DNA of 64,000 nt from Parcubacteria bacterium C7867-001. GTDB lineage: Bacteria; Patescibacteriota; Minisyncoccia; Phycocordibacterales; Phycocordibacteraceae. The translations under genes were made by a program, and so were the position numbers. The DNA is taken from the NCBI GenBank assembly GCA_001189095.1, contig LFCK01000001.1, forward strand, positions 84,485-148,484, given 5' to 3'. This document shows, one piece after another, positions 52,592 through 62,532 of this stretch; position 1 is the first letter of the stretch, and every line of letters starts with the position of its first letter. The notes under the pieces were generated by a model, which saw only the letters and a program-made list of their open reading frames with translations, made no database searches and had not been told where the DNA came from.

Positions 52592-53800
52592 ATGAATGAA
52601 TCGACGGCGCGTCCGTACTGCGTAGAGTGCGGCGGTGAGGCGGTGATGCATCGCCTCACCTATATATCGGTATTCATGGATGGGATACTCATGCCGCGCG
52701 TGAAGCCGAATGGTTTTACGCGTTGGTTCGCCTCGCTGGTGCAAAGCATCGAGTGCCGCGTCACGCCGTTCCTCCTCAAAGGATTCGTACTTCTTGGACT
52801 CGCCCGTAAAGTGGACGTGCCGGACGAAAAGACCGTACTGCTCGCAAAGATGCTCTGGGAAGACGCGACGCGACGCTCGATTCCGATGTGGGAATTCCGC
52901 CTCTTTAATCTCGCGCGCAACGTATATGTCGCTGAGTTGCCGGATGGCCGCTCGATTGCGTTCGAGGGAATTCCGGTGACGAAAGCGGACCTCAAGCGCG
53001 CTCCGTGGATGGATGATAAGGCGGAACTCAAGAAGCGATTCCGTGCGCTCGGACTTCCTATCGCTGCCGGCGGTGACGCGCTTACGACTGACGGCGCCCT
53101 GAAGCTTTTCCGGTCGCTCAGCGCACCGGTCATTGTGAAGCCTTTTACTGGTTCAGCTTCGCGCCATACGACGCTCCATATTCGGAACGACCTCGAGCTT
53201 CTGCGTGCGTTTGATATTGCGACGCAGCTCGCGCCTCGCGCAGTAATAGAAGAAGAGCTTGTGGGGCCGGTGTATCGCGCGACCGTAGTCGACGGCAAGC
53301 TTGCTGCTACTCTGCGTCGGGACCAGCCGCACGTTATTGGCGACGGGCATCGCACCGTGAAGTCGCTTGTCGCAAAAGCCAATGAGCACCCTGCTCGTTC
53401 GGGTCCGTACTTCCATCCGATGCAGATCGACAAGGCGGCGGAACGGGAACTCGCCTATCAAGGCCTTACGCCCGATTCCATTCTAAAGAAAGGTCAGCGG
53501 GCGACGCTCCATCAAAAGATAAACTGGGGTCTCGGCGGAACGACGGCGGATGTGACCGACGAAGTGCATCCTGAGACGAAAGAGCTTTTCGAGGAGGTTG
53601 CGCGCGTCACGAGTGCACCGGTTGTGGGCATTGATTTCATCATCGGCGACATAACGCGCTCTTATAAGGAACAGGAACGCTGCGGCATCATCGAGTGCAA
53701 TTCCATGCCGTTTTTTGATAATCACCACTTGCCATTTGAGGGGCAGCCGCGGAATGTCGCGGGCGCTATTTGGGACATGATTCTCGCTGAAGGGCGGTAA
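52592..53800 (+). CDS. ATP-grasp ligase, cyanophycin synthetase N-domain-like (stand-alone, no Mur-ligase domain)
   Basis: VIVKPFTGSASRHTTLHI, ViGDGhrTv, INWGLGGTTADVTDEVHPE and VVGIDFIIGDI closely follow the CphA ATP-grasp pattern. Confidence 0.5.
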   Translation: MNESTARPYCVECGGEAVMHRLTYISVFMDGILMPRVKPNGFTRWFASLVQSIECRVTPFLLKGFVLLGLARKVDVPDEKTVLLAKMLWEDATRRSIPMWEFRLFNLARNVYVAELPDGRSIAFEGIPVTKADLKRAPWMDDKAELKKRFRALGLPIAAGGDALTTDGALKLFRSLSAPVIVKPFTGSASRHTTLHIRNDLELLRAFDIATQLAPRAVIEEELVGPVYRATVVDGKLAATLRRDQPHVIGDGHRTVKSLVAKANEHPARSGPYFHPMQIDKAAERELAYQGLTPDSILKKGQRATLHQKINWGLGGTTADVTDEVHPETKELFEEVARVTSAPVVGIDFIIGDITRSYKEQERCGIIECNSMPFFDNHHLPFEGQPRNVAGAIWDMILAEGR

Positions 53801-53885
53801 GCAGCTTATTTTTGACGGGGTACTCCATAAGGAGTACTTTGAGTGCAGAACCACGTGTTCTTTTTTCAACCAGAAGGTGACACCA

Positions 53886-55208
53886 ATGTGCGGAATTTTC
53901 GCGGTATTCGATATGCCGAAAGCAGCGGAATTGACGGTGATGGGTCTTCATGGACTCCAGCATCGTGCGCAAGACTTCGCCGGCATCGTCTCAACCGACG
54001 GCGTCAATTTCTATCGAGAGCGCGGTGCGGGTGTTACTCGCAACGTGTTTTCGGACCCAGCGGTTCTCGATCGGCTTCACGGCCATACGGCAGTGGGGCA
54101 CATCCGGTATTCGACACGCGACGATAAAGACGATCATCGGCGCGACAACACGCAACCCGTGATTGGCATTTATGCCGATGCACCTATCGCCATAGCTCAT
54201 AACGGAAACCTCACGAATATTCCGGAGCTCGAAGGGAAATTCCCCGAGGTGAAATGTGCGACGTCTATGGATACCGAATGGATCCTGCAGCTTTTGCGCG
54301 TTTTTGCGACGGGAGACTTGTGCAAGGACCTGGCGAGTGTCTTCCCGCACCTGCGTGGAAGTTATTCGCTCGTCATTCTCTACAAAGATCGGCTCATTGC
54401 GGTTCGGGACCCTTCGGGGAACCGCCCGCTCTGGATTGGTCGCATCAACGGCGGATACGTCGTTGCCTCGGAAACGTGTGCGTTCGCGAATGTGGACGCA
54501 CTAACGCTTCAAAGAGTGAAACCGGGGAGTATGGTTTCCATCGGATCGGAAGGTCTCGAGGAAATCTTGTTCTCCGAACCAAGACTCCGGCACTGCTGCT
54601 TCGAGGACATTTACTTCTCGAATCCGGCAAGCAAAGGTGTCATGGAATTCCGGAAGCGGCTCGGCGCAGCGCTCGAAGCGTCTGCTCCAGCGTCTGCTGA
54701 CGTGGTCGTACCCATTCCCGACAGTGCGAATTTCATAGCCGAAGGCTATGCGAAGAGCGGTCGGTCAGGCACCTATTCGCAGCTCATCCTGCGAAATCAC
54801 TATGTGGGCCGAACGTTTACGGCTGCGACACAGGCTCGGCGCGATGAAGAAGTCGCGCGGAAGTTTTTGTTCGCGGGTGATGAGATCAGAGGCAAGCGCC
54901 TCGTGCTTATCGACGATTCTATCGTTCGTGGCACGACGCTTCCGAAAATCGTCTCGAAGCTTCGCATGTTCGGAGCACTTGAGGTCCATGTGCGTATCGG
55001 CAGTCCGCCGATAACGCATGCCTGCTGGTACGGTATGGATTTCCCTGATGAAGGGAAGCTCATAGCAACGCATCACAACCCGAACACGCTTGCGTCGTTC
55101 GTCGGCGCTGACTCGCTCGAGTATCTTCCGCTCGCGGAGCTTAAGAAGCTCTACGAGGAGCCGGAGCATCGTTGCTTTGCCTGCATGGACGGACAGTACT
55201 GGTCATAA
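53886..55208 (+). CDS. purF: Amidophosphoribosyltransferase
   Basis: N-terminal MCGIF Ntn-hydrolase Cys plus PRTase domain VLIDDSIVRGTT. GAAGGTGA RBS before the ATG at 53886. Confidence 0.85.
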   Translation: MCGIFAVFDMPKAAELTVMGLHGLQHRAQDFAGIVSTDGVNFYRERGAGVTRNVFSDPAVLDRLHGHTAVGHIRYSTRDDKDDHRRDNTQPVIGIYADAPIAIAHNGNLTNIPELEGKFPEVKCATSMDTEWILQLLRVFATGDLCKDLASVFPHLRGSYSLVILYKDRLIAVRDPSGNRPLWIGRINGGYVVASETCAFANVDALTLQRVKPGSMVSIGSEGLEEILFSEPRLRHCCFEDIYFSNPASKGVMEFRKRLGAALEASAPASADVVVPIPDSANFIAEGYAKSGRSGTYSQLILRNHYVGRTFTAATQARRDEEVARKFLFAGDEIRGKRLVLIDDSIVRGTTLPKIVSKLRMFGALEVHVRIGSPPITHACWYGMDFPDEGKLIATHHNPNTLASFVGADSLEYLPLAELKKLYEEPEHRCFACMDGQYWS

Positions 55209-55212
55209 CATC

Positions 55213-55287
55213 AAACAGCCCGCGCTTTGCGCGGGCTGTTTTCTATAGAAAAACCGCCGAGCCAAGGGCTCGGCGGTTATGTTTTCA
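55213..55287. terminator. Two tandem terminator hairpins between convergent genes
   Basis: CAGCCCGCGC-TTTG-CGCGGGCTGTTTTC and ACCGCCGAGCC-AAGG-GCTCGGCGGTTATGTTTTC. Confidence 0.6.
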
Positions 55288-57051
55288 TTCAGGCCGCTTT
55301 GCGGTCGTCTCGACTCGAGTGCGGAACTCTGCAAGGAGTTCCTTGATCTCAAACAAGATGCCGCTGCGTGCTTCTTCATGGTCGCCCCGCTCTTCTGCAC
55401 GCTTGACGCGACCAGCTTCATCGAAGGCGTAGCTCATGAGTTCGTTAAGTCCCTGAAGGAATAGAGGTTCGTCCTCTACGCCAATTTGTTGGTACGTTTC
55501 TGCCGTCCATCGCCAGTCGATATCAAGAATTTGCTCGAGCTGATGTTGAACACAGAGTTCAGTCACGCGCTCGATAAACTCAAGGCCGAGCTTCTGCCAA
55601 TAGCCATCAGATGATTGCGCATGAACGAGAAGCGAAGCTGCGAGGTTTACGTTGCGGATGTCCTGCTCGCTGGTGCATGCAAGAACATCAGAGCGTGACT
55701 TGAACTGAAACGGGAGATTACTGCATACCCGCGTCTGTTCCCACCACTCGAAGTTTGCGTCGAGAACTCCGCCGCCCGGAATAATGGGCCGCTGAGTGCC
55801 AAGCTGGTTGGTCTGGAAGGCGCTAAGCTCGTAACGACGCAGCACATCCGAGCCAAGATACGAAACTATTCCGAGGATCGCGGCGTTCTTGGCCGATACC
55901 ACTCCTGGAGTACACACTTGGATTTGGATGGCAGGGTTATGGAAGATGGAAAGACCGTTATGTCGTTCGATCATCCGTACGAGCTCGACTGCCGCTGTCG
56001 CATTTCCGACCGGTGGGAGTACTGCGCAGTATTCTGCCGAATCGATTTTGAACCCGCCTAGCTTGGGGCCGTTGAGGTTCTCATCGGTCAGGCTGTGTAA
56101 TTTAAGGCCGACCGACAAGAGTCCGTCGTGAGTCTCAAGGAAGAGATGCGACTGCAGTCTCGAATGACAACGAGTCGACAGTGATTCTTCGTCAAACTCA
56201 CACCGAATCACGGAAGCCTTCTTTATGCGAGCTTTCGATTCTAGTCGGATGCTGTGGAAGATCGGCCACACATTCTTTTTCATCACTGAGGTCAGACGGA
56301 AGGAGAACGAAGTAAGCGGCCGGACCCCTTTTTCTGGCACCACGTATTCTAGGTCGCCGATATCGGCGTAGAGCAAATATTCGTCAACCAGTTCCTCGAT
56401 TGCCGGAATACTTCCCGTTATCCGTTGGAGAAGTTCTTCCACCGGAGCTCGGGAGTAGAGCCGCTGCAGTTTCTCAAGCATGCTTCGCCTGAGAGCTTCA
56501 TCGACCGCCTTCTCAAAAGAAGGGAAATCGAACGCGACGCTTTCGACGAGAGAGATCGAAACCGAACCCTCGGTTTTGTGCGTTCGCAGCCCGTGGAATT
56601 CTCCTCCGTGCCGCTCAATAAGTTCGGTATATTTCGCAACAAGGTCGGTCTTGTACACTGCGCTGCTGGTCACCTCACGCAGCTTCTTCTTCCGGTGCCG
56701 CCCCGTATTCGAGAACGACGACTGAGAAAGCAGCTTGAGGTACTCGCAGAACGCGCTCCAGACAGTCTCGTCTTTGAGGAATTCCTCGAAGATTTGAGGT
56801 GTCGGATGAGAGAAAAACGCGAGTCCTATCGGATCTGCATTTTGGACTCGACCGAACAACTGTAGGCGCTCGTTCGCGCGCTCCCAGAGCCGCGCGCGTT
56901 CTTTTTCGGTGCAGCAAAGCAGAAACTCCCTGAACTCAGAGAACTGAGCATCAAGATTTCCGAACTTCGCCCGTCGGTACTCGTGCGAGTATTCAGAGAA
57001 CAGTCTTCCGCGAGGAAGCCGTAGCAAGGCTTCTTCGAGCAGGTCTTCCAT
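55285..57051 (-). CDS. Large hypothetical protein (588 aa)
   Basis: Long ORF with no recognisable motif; cytoplasmic-looking. Confidence 0.45.
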   Translation of the reverse strand: MEDLLEEALLRLPRGRLFSEYSHEYRRAKFGNLDAQFSEFREFLLCCTEKERARLWERANERLQLFGRVQNADPIGLAFFSHPTPQIFEEFLKDETVWSAFCEYLKLLSQSSFSNTGRHRKKKLREVTSSAVYKTDLVAKYTELIERHGGEFHGLRTHKTEGSVSISLVESVAFDFPSFEKAVDEALRRSMLEKLQRLYSRAPVEELLQRITGSIPAIEELVDEYLLYADIGDLEYVVPEKGVRPLTSFSFRLTSVMKKNVWPIFHSIRLESKARIKKASVIRCEFDEESLSTRCHSRLQSHLFLETHDGLLSVGLKLHSLTDENLNGPKLGGFKIDSAEYCAVLPPVGNATAAVELVRMIERHNGLSIFHNPAIQIQVCTPGVVSAKNAAILGIVSYLGSDVLRRYELSAFQTNQLGTQRPIIPGGGVLDANFEWWEQTRVCSNLPFQFKSRSDVLACTSEQDIRNVNLAASLLVHAQSSDGYWQKLGLEFIERVTELCVQHQLEQILDIDWRWTAETYQQIGVEDEPLFLQGLNELMSYAFDEAGRVKRAEERGDHEEARSGILFEIKELLAEFRTRVETTAKRPE

Positions 57052-57093
57052 GACACTCTCCTTTTCAAGTTACATCTGGGCGAATATATAACA

Positions 57094-57134
57094 CAAAACG
57101 CCGCGACGAGCGAAGCTCGTCGCGGCGTTTTGCA
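57094..57134. terminator. Intrinsic terminator of trxB
   Basis: AAAACGCCGCGACGAGC-GAAG-CTCGTCGCGGCGTTTTGC. Confidence 0.65.
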
Positions 57135-57141
57135 TGAGTCG

Positions 57142-58065
57142 CTAGCGCGTCTTCAAATGCATGTAGATATCTTCGAGTGCTTTCACGCCATCGCCCGCAG
57201 CGATGTTGTTCTGGTGGTAGAGCTCGTCGGTGCAGTCGCCTGCGGCCCAGACGCCTTCCATACTGGTGCGTTGGCTCCTTGGATCGGTCTTCACGCGCTT
57301 TACCTCATCGAGTTCGACAAGGTCCTTGGCGAAGTCGGTATTCGGCATGACACCGATTTCGACGAAGACGCCGGTGACCGGAAGTTCCGTCTTCTCTCCT
57401 GTTTTACAATTTTCGACGACGAGTCCTGAAACGAATTTGTCGCCTTTCACTTCGACGGGCGTCGAATCAAGGAGCGCTTTCATATTCGGGTGCGAGAGCA
57501 CATTCTTTACGGTAATAGGATCCGCCTTGAAATCTGAATACTTATGAATGAGCGTAACTGAAGGGCAGTAGGCGAGAAGTTGTGCAGCAGTCTCAAAGCC
57601 CGCATTACCGCCACCGATAACGGCGACATTCTGTCCGGCGAACAATGGCCCGTCGCAGGAGGCGCAATAGACAACGCCTTTATTTTCGAATGCCTCAGCA
57701 CCAGTAACGGTGAGTTTGCGGCGCGCAGCACCTGAAGCGATGAGCACCGTCTTTCCGGAGAAAGACTTACCGCCGTCGGTTGTTGCGGAAAAGAGATCAC
57801 CCTTTTTCTCGAGAGCTGTAACGCGCTCGCCCTCAGCGACCTCCACGACGTCTCCTTTATATGCTTCAAGATGCGCTTTGAGTGCATGGGCAAGGTCAAC
57901 ACCCGCAATCTTTACCGTACCGATCCAGTTCTCGATGCCGAGCGAGTCGGTCGATTGGCCGCCGAAGGTTTCGGTAATAAGCACCGTTTTTAATTGTTTG
58001 CGGGCGGCATAGACGCCCGCGGCGACGCCTGCTGGGCCGCCGCCGATGATGATGAGATCGTACAT
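57142..58065 (-). CDS. trxB: Thioredoxin-disulfide reductase
   Basis: IIIGGGPAG FAD motif and redox CASCDG. Confidence 0.9.
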   Translation of the reverse strand: MYDLIIIGGGPAGVAAGVYAARKQLKTVLITETFGGQSTDSLGIENWIGTVKIAGVDLAHALKAHLEAYKGDVVEVAEGERVTALEKKGDLFSATTDGGKSFSGKTVLIASGAARRKLTVTGAEAFENKGVVYCASCDGPLFAGQNVAVIGGGNAGFETAAQLLAYCPSVTLIHKYSDFKADPITVKNVLSHPNMKALLDSTPVEVKGDKFVSGLVVENCKTGEKTELPVTGVFVEIGVMPNTDFAKDLVELDEVKRVKTDPRSQRTSMEGVWAAGDCTDELYHQNNIAAGDGVKALEDIYMHLKTR

Positions 58066-58160
58066 GAGGCAGAGTATAGCAGAGTGTCAAAGATCACGAT
58101 TGGTGATAATCTGCGACCGGATTACCGAGAGATACCTTCTCGGAACTAAGGAGAAAAAGG

Positions 58161-58727
58161 ATGTTTTTACTCTTTCCGAAGATGAAGATCTCGCCTGCGA
58201 GCGACTTGAATCATCCGCTGTTCTACGTCGCCGGGCCCATCAGGGGCGGCGGCAGTTGGCAGGAACGGGCGTACGAGCTTTTCGCGAAAGAAGAGCCGGA
58301 TTGCATCGTGGCCACGCCGTGCCGCTACGCACTGGATCACTCGGTGCGTGTCTGGACCCACCCCCACGCGGTTCCTGACGCGTTCGAGCGCCAGACGGAC
58401 TGGGAAGATGAATACATGAACGAAGCCGTCTACGGAGCCAGGGGCTGCCTCATGTTCTGGCTTCCGGTCGAAAGCGTTACCGACCCGCGTCCGAGGGAGG
58501 ATGGTCCGTATGCGCAGGACAGCTACGGCGAGCTCGGCTATTGGCGCGCGCTTATCGAAGGTTCTTTCGATCCCTCGCAGCTCGCCATCGTCATCGGCGC
58601 AGAGCCTGGCTTCCACGGCCTGCGCAAACTGCAGCGCGACCTCGATCGCGCGGTCGACGGAACGTTCGTTATCCATCCGACGCTGGAAGCGACAGTGAAA
58701 GCCGCTGTCGACAAAGCTCGGATGTAG
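58161..58727 (+). CDS. Nucleoside 2-deoxyribosyltransferase-like (Rossmann-like) protein; assignment tentative
   Basis: PLFYVAGPIRGGGSWQERAYELF resembles the NDT-family YLAGP motif. Confidence 0.3.
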   Translation: MFLLFPKMKISPASDLNHPLFYVAGPIRGGGSWQERAYELFAKEEPDCIVATPCRYALDHSVRVWTHPHAVPDAFERQTDWEDEYMNEAVYGARGCLMFWLPVESVTDPRPREDGPYAQDSYGELGYWRALIEGSFDPSQLAIVIGAEPGFHGLRKLQRDLDRAVDGTFVIHPTLEATVKAAVDKARM

Positions 58728-58740
58728 GGCTACTACAAAG

Positions 58741-58780
58741 AAAACCGCCCGCGCGTAGCGCGGGCGGTTATTCCTTTTCT
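58741..58780. terminator. Bidirectional intrinsic terminator
   Basis: AAAACCGCCCGCGC-GTAG-CGCGGGCGGTTATTCCTTTTCT. Confidence 0.6.
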
Positions 58781-58782
58781 CG

Positions 58783-60042
58783 TTATTTCTTGTGGCGGCG
58801 CAAGAAGCTCGGGATTGCGCCCCATGCCTCGTCCTCTTCTTCAGCGGGTGGGACTATTGGCTTAACTTCAGCGCGCTGCATTGGCTGTGCAGTGACGATA
58901 GGTTCCTCCTTTTCCTTTTTGGGAGCTGGGACTTCCTCCATCGGAGCCTCATCGCGGACTTCAAGCGGCTTGCCTGCCGGCTTCATGAAATCGTTGTAAA
59001 TCTTTCCGCGGGTTTCCTGCTGCGCCTCTTTTGGCATAGAGAAGAGCGAGCGCTCGAACGCGTTAGAGCTTGCGCTCTCAGCGCCCTCAGGGAAGCCAGT
59101 CGCGATGACGATGATGCGGATTTGGCCCTTCTTGAGCTTCTCGTCGCGCATGATACCGAAGATGACCTTCGCGCTCTTGTCGACGGACTCGCTGATGACC
59201 TTTGCTGCTTCCTGCACTTCGAGGATGCCGAGGTCTTCGTTGCCAGCGACCACGAAGAGGATACCCTTGGCGCCATTGATCGAAACATCGAGGAGTGGGG
59301 AATTGACCGCGAGCGCTGCAGCTTCTTGTGCGCGGCGATCGCCCTCAGCGACGCCGATGCCCATGAGGGCTGGTCCTGCGCCTTCCATGATGGCCTTGAT
59401 GTCGTTGAAGTCGGTGTTGATTTCGCCCGGGGTCGTGATGATGTCGGAGACACCCTCCACAGCCTGACGGAGGATTTCATCGCAAAGAGCAAAGGCGTTC
59501 TTTGCAGAGGTGTTCGCCTCGACGATGGAGAGGAGCTTGTCGTTCGGGATGACGATGAAGGCGTCTACCTCCTTCTTAAGGGCGGCAAGGCCGCGCTCGG
59601 CTATTTCCTTGCGCTGAGCACCCTCGAACGCGAATGGTTTCGTGACGACCGCGACCGTGAGTGCGCCCAATTCCTTCGACATCTTCGCAACGACGGCTGC
59701 AGAGCCGGTTCCGGTTCCGCCACCCATACCGCAGGTGATGAAGACCATATCGGAACCTTGGAGCGATTCCTGAATTTCCTGACGAGTTTCTTCAGCGGCA
59801 CGCTGACCAACTTCCGGATTCATGCCGGCACCGAGGCCGCGCGTGAGATTCTTGCCGATGTGGATCTTTCGTTTCGCAAGGCTGCGATGCAAATCCTGCG
59901 CATCGGTGTTAATGGCGACGAACTCGACGCCTTTCACCTTGGAATTGATCATGTGATTGATCGCATTCCCTCCGGAACCGCCGACGCCGACAACGCGGAT
60001 GCGTGCGAACGTTTCGATCTCGGGCATTATTTTTTTAGACAT
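58783..60042 (-). CDS. ftsZ: Cell division protein FtsZ
   Basis: GVGGSGGNA, tubulin signature GGGTGTG, and C-terminal conserved peptide IPSFLRR; start [10 protein letters not shown] (alternative MPEIE). Confidence 0.9.
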   Translation of the reverse strand: MSKKIMPEIETFARIRVVGVGGSGGNAINHMINSKVKGVEFVAINTDAQDLHRSLAKRKIHIGKNLTRGLGAGMNPEVGQRAAEETRQEIQESLQGSDMVFITCGMGGGTGTGSAAVVAKMSKELGALTVAVVTKPFAFEGAQRKEIAERGLAALKKEVDAFIVIPNDKLLSIVEANTSAKNAFALCDEILRQAVEGVSDIITTPGEINTDFNDIKAIMEGAGPALMGIGVAEGDRRAQEAAALAVNSPLLDVSINGAKGILFVVAGNEDLGILEVQEAAKVISESVDKSAKVIFGIMRDEKLKKGQIRIIVIATGFPEGAESASSNAFERSLFSMPKEAQQETRGKIYNDFMKPAGKPLEVRDEAPMEEVPAPKKEKEEPIVTAQPMQRAEVKPIVPPAEEEDEAWGAIPSFLRRHKK

Positions 60043-60150
60043 ATAAATTTGTGTGCCGCTGGTAAGTGACCCTAATGATATACGTGTCGTCAAGGAGTGC
60101 AAATATTGACCGGCCACTAGAACGCGTGTCTTCGTTTTTGTGTCCTAATT

Positions 60151-60186
60151 AAAAAGAAGGCCGCCGCGGAGGACCGCGGCGGCAAT
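60151..60186. terminator. Intrinsic terminator
   Basis: AAAAAGAAG then GCCGCCGCGG-AGGA-CCGCGGCGGC. Confidence 0.5.
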
Positions 60187-60206
60187 TCTATCGTTACGAC
60201 TTACTT

Positions 60207-60485
60207 TTACTCGCCTCTGTCTAAGGGAACATATCCTAATCCATACACGAATTCTGGAATCCTCGGAGGAATTCCAGCCGCCCGCTGCAAGCGCAGCAGA
60301 CGGGATTCGAGCACGAATACATCGCTCCGTTCGATCTCGCACTCATCCTGAAGATATTGCCGGGCTTTCAGGCCGGTACGATCTTCAAGGATTTCAGCGA
60401 GCACAAACAAACGATACTTAGAAACAGCGAGCTCTTGAGCGGTCTCTTCGATCTCACTCAAAAGACTCTTTGTAACTCTGGCCAT
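60207..60485 (-). CDS. Hypothetical protein between ftsA and ftsZ
   Basis: 92-aa ORF, helical/acidic; no motif recognised. Confidence 0.4.
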   Translation of the reverse strand: MARVTKSLLSEIEETAQELAVSKYRLFVLAEILEDRTGLKARQYLQDECEIERSDVFVLESRLLRLQRAAGIPPRIPEFVYGLGYVPLDRGE

Positions 60486-60606
60486 GTCAGCCTCCGTTGC
60501 GAGTCAGGATGACTCGCTTCTGAGTCTGATAGGTCTATGGATCGGAGCAGTTGGTGTGCATCGCGACCTCCTTCTAATATTTCTATATTCTATAAATAGC
60601 CTTGTG

Positions 60607-61773
60607 TCAAGGCATGAACTGCTTGAGGAATTTGCCGAAGGAGCCAGTAATTTTAAAGAAGGTGTGGCGACGAGGAGTTTCAGTGTCGCCAGTGAGGCCC
60701 CAGAGCGCGAGGCCGTAGGCTACCGACCATGTTGCGTCGCGAATCTTCGCGTCTGGCGCGAGCTTCATGTCGGCAATCTTTGCTGGAAGGGAAAGCGAGC
60801 CTTTTGCGATATCGCTCACCGAGCCCTGTCCTGAGCCGCCACCTGAAAGAATGATGCCAGCAGGGAGCGCGCGATGTCGTCCGAGAGAGCGTAGATGCTT
60901 GTCGATGAGATCGAACATGCTTTTGAAACGAGAAGAAACGATTTCATCGACGCGCTTCTTCGAGTACATCTGCCCGCCAAGGCGCCCGAGCTTGATGCGC
61001 TCTGCGTCTTCAAGCGAGACTTTGAATCCGAGCGCGAGGTCGTCGGTGATATGAGTCGAGCCGGTCGCGAAGACCTTCACGGATACTGGCATGCCTTCGT
61101 CATAGACCACGATGGAAACGGTTTCAGCGCCGATGTTCGCAAGCACGCAACCTTTCATCTTCTGGTCTTTGGAAAGCGTGACGTAGGAACCTGCAAGCGG
61201 GGAAGCCATGCAGTCGACGACTTCAATATCGGCCGATTCGACCACGTTCGTGAGCGTGTCTGCGTGTTGCGCAAGGCAGGTAACGAAAAGGAAATCGCCG
61301 GTGAGGCGGGTACCCTTCATTCCGACGGGATCACCAAGGGCTTTCGCTCCGTCGATGGTCCACGCGAGCGGGATCTCGTGAAGGATCTTCCTATTAAGGA
61401 AGCTGGGAGAAGCGGCGAGTCGAGCGGCATCGCGCACCTTATCTATATCAAGGTCAGTGATTTCCTGATCGGCGCGCGAGATGATAGTCTCGCCGGTCGC
61501 GCGCGCCTCTTCTATTGAAATGCCGCCGATGGCGACGAAGCCATTGCGAATGGGAACTTGTGCGGTCGCTTCTGCCTGCTTCTTCGCAAGCCTTAGGCTT
61601 TCAGCTGCGTCCTCTGTATCGACGATGTAGCCGTGGCGTACCCCGAGGGTGTCAGCGAGGCCGGTTCCTATTATGCGCAGCGCGGGGCCGTTTGGTCCTT
61701 TGAGTTCCTCGACCACGACGATTTTCGTCTGATGAGTTCCGATATCTATGCCGGTCGCTATTCTGCGTGTCAT
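60607..61773 (-). CDS. ftsA: Cell division protein FtsA
   Basis: Actin-like ATPase motifs GIDIGT and LSGGGS; start MTRRIATGIDIGT. Confidence 0.85.
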   Translation of the reverse strand: MTRRIATGIDIGTHQTKIVVVEELKGPNGPALRIIGTGLADTLGVRHGYIVDTEDAAESLRLAKKQAEATAQVPIRNGFVAIGGISIEEARATGETIISRADQEITDLDIDKVRDAARLAASPSFLNRKILHEIPLAWTIDGAKALGDPVGMKGTRLTGDFLFVTCLAQHADTLTNVVESADIEVVDCMASPLAGSYVTLSKDQKMKGCVLANIGAETVSIVVYDEGMPVSVKVFATGSTHITDDLALGFKVSLEDAERIKLGRLGGQMYSKKRVDEIVSSRFKSMFDLIDKHLRSLGRHRALPAGIILSGGGSGQGSVSDIAKGSLSLPAKIADMKLAPDAKIRDATWSVAYGLALWGLTGDTETPRRHTFFKITGSFGKFLKQFMP

Positions 61774-62161
61774 GGGTAGGAAAAGGTACGCGAACAAAGC
61801 GGACAAAGGCTGCCCGTTCGAGTCTTTCCATTGTAGCCCCGTGAGGGTGCCCCTTCAAATGGATAAGCGCGTGGATAAACAAGAATGCGACGAATTGCGG
61901 ATAGGTCATTCCATACTCAGGCGCTTGTTCTTTTGCGACGGCAAGACAGATCAAAACCTCCGCAGAGTTCTTTCCAATGTCATAGGCGAGTACATTCGGC
62001 GTGTAGGATTTCTTTCGAAGCTGCATATTCACCTTTTGCGCCTCTCGTTCCGTAACGAACACTAGCGAAAGTTCGTGTTTTGGAAGGAGGCCTTTTGCTA
62101 TGGACGCGAACGGCGCGCCAGGGATGGCGCGCCGTGTCGTGTTTTTAATGTCGAGTGACAT
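61652..62161 (-). CDS. ybeY: Endoribonuclease YbeY with unusual basic C-terminal tail overlapping the ftsA start by ~120 nt
   Basis: Zinc motif IHALIHLKGHPHG (H..H...H) present. Confidence 0.6.
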   Translation of the reverse strand: MSLDIKNTTRRAIPGAPFASIAKGLLPKHELSLVFVTEREAQKVNMQLRKKSYTPNVLAYDIGKNSAEVLICLAVAKEQAPEYGMTYPQFVAFLFIHALIHLKGHPHGATMERLERAAFVRFVRVPFPTHDTQNSDRHRYRNSSDENRRGRGTQRTKRPRAAHNRNRPR

Positions 62162-62169
62162 TCGAGAGA

Positions 62170-62427
62170 TTAACGCTTCTTCCCGCGAGCTGCAGCAGGA
62201 TCAATCTTACCCAACTTCACATCCTCGTTGTATTTCATCTTGCGAGCTCCCTTGATGAGGGCGCGCATGTGGTCGACGTTCTTCGACTTCTGGCGCTCGT
62301 AGTAGCGCTTCTTACGCATCATGCGCACGAGATTAAGCCCCTGCGCGCGGCGGGAAAAGCGACGGATAAGCGAGGCAGAACTCTCGTTCTTACCGCGACG
62401 TACCTCAACGCGTGTTGCGTTTACCAT
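62170..62427 (-). CDS. rpsU: 30S ribosomal protein S21
   Basis: ASLIRRFSRRAQ...RKKRYYERQKS matches the S21 consensus (RRFKR...R..F.EKP). Confidence 0.75.
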   Translation of the reverse strand: MVNATRVEVRRGKNESSASLIRRFSRRAQGLNLVRMMRKKRYYERQKSKNVDHMRALIKGARKMKYNEDVKLGKIDPAAARGKKR

Positions 62428-62473
62428 AGTAGGAAGAATTTAGCACAGGGGGCGGGGTACTGTCTAGGTATGG

Positions 62474-62506
62474 AAAAAGGGCGCGGAGCAAAGCTCCGCG
62501 CCCGTA
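62474..62506. terminator. Intrinsic terminator
   Basis: GGGCGCGGAGC-AAAG-CTCCGCGCCC. Confidence 0.5.
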
Positions 62507-62532
62507 TCTCGTCGCTCTCATGTTCTGGGCTG

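Noticed and set aside
58792-60069. 425-aa + strand ORF
   Set aside because: Antisense to ftsZ, which has unmistakable tubulin motifs on the minus strand.
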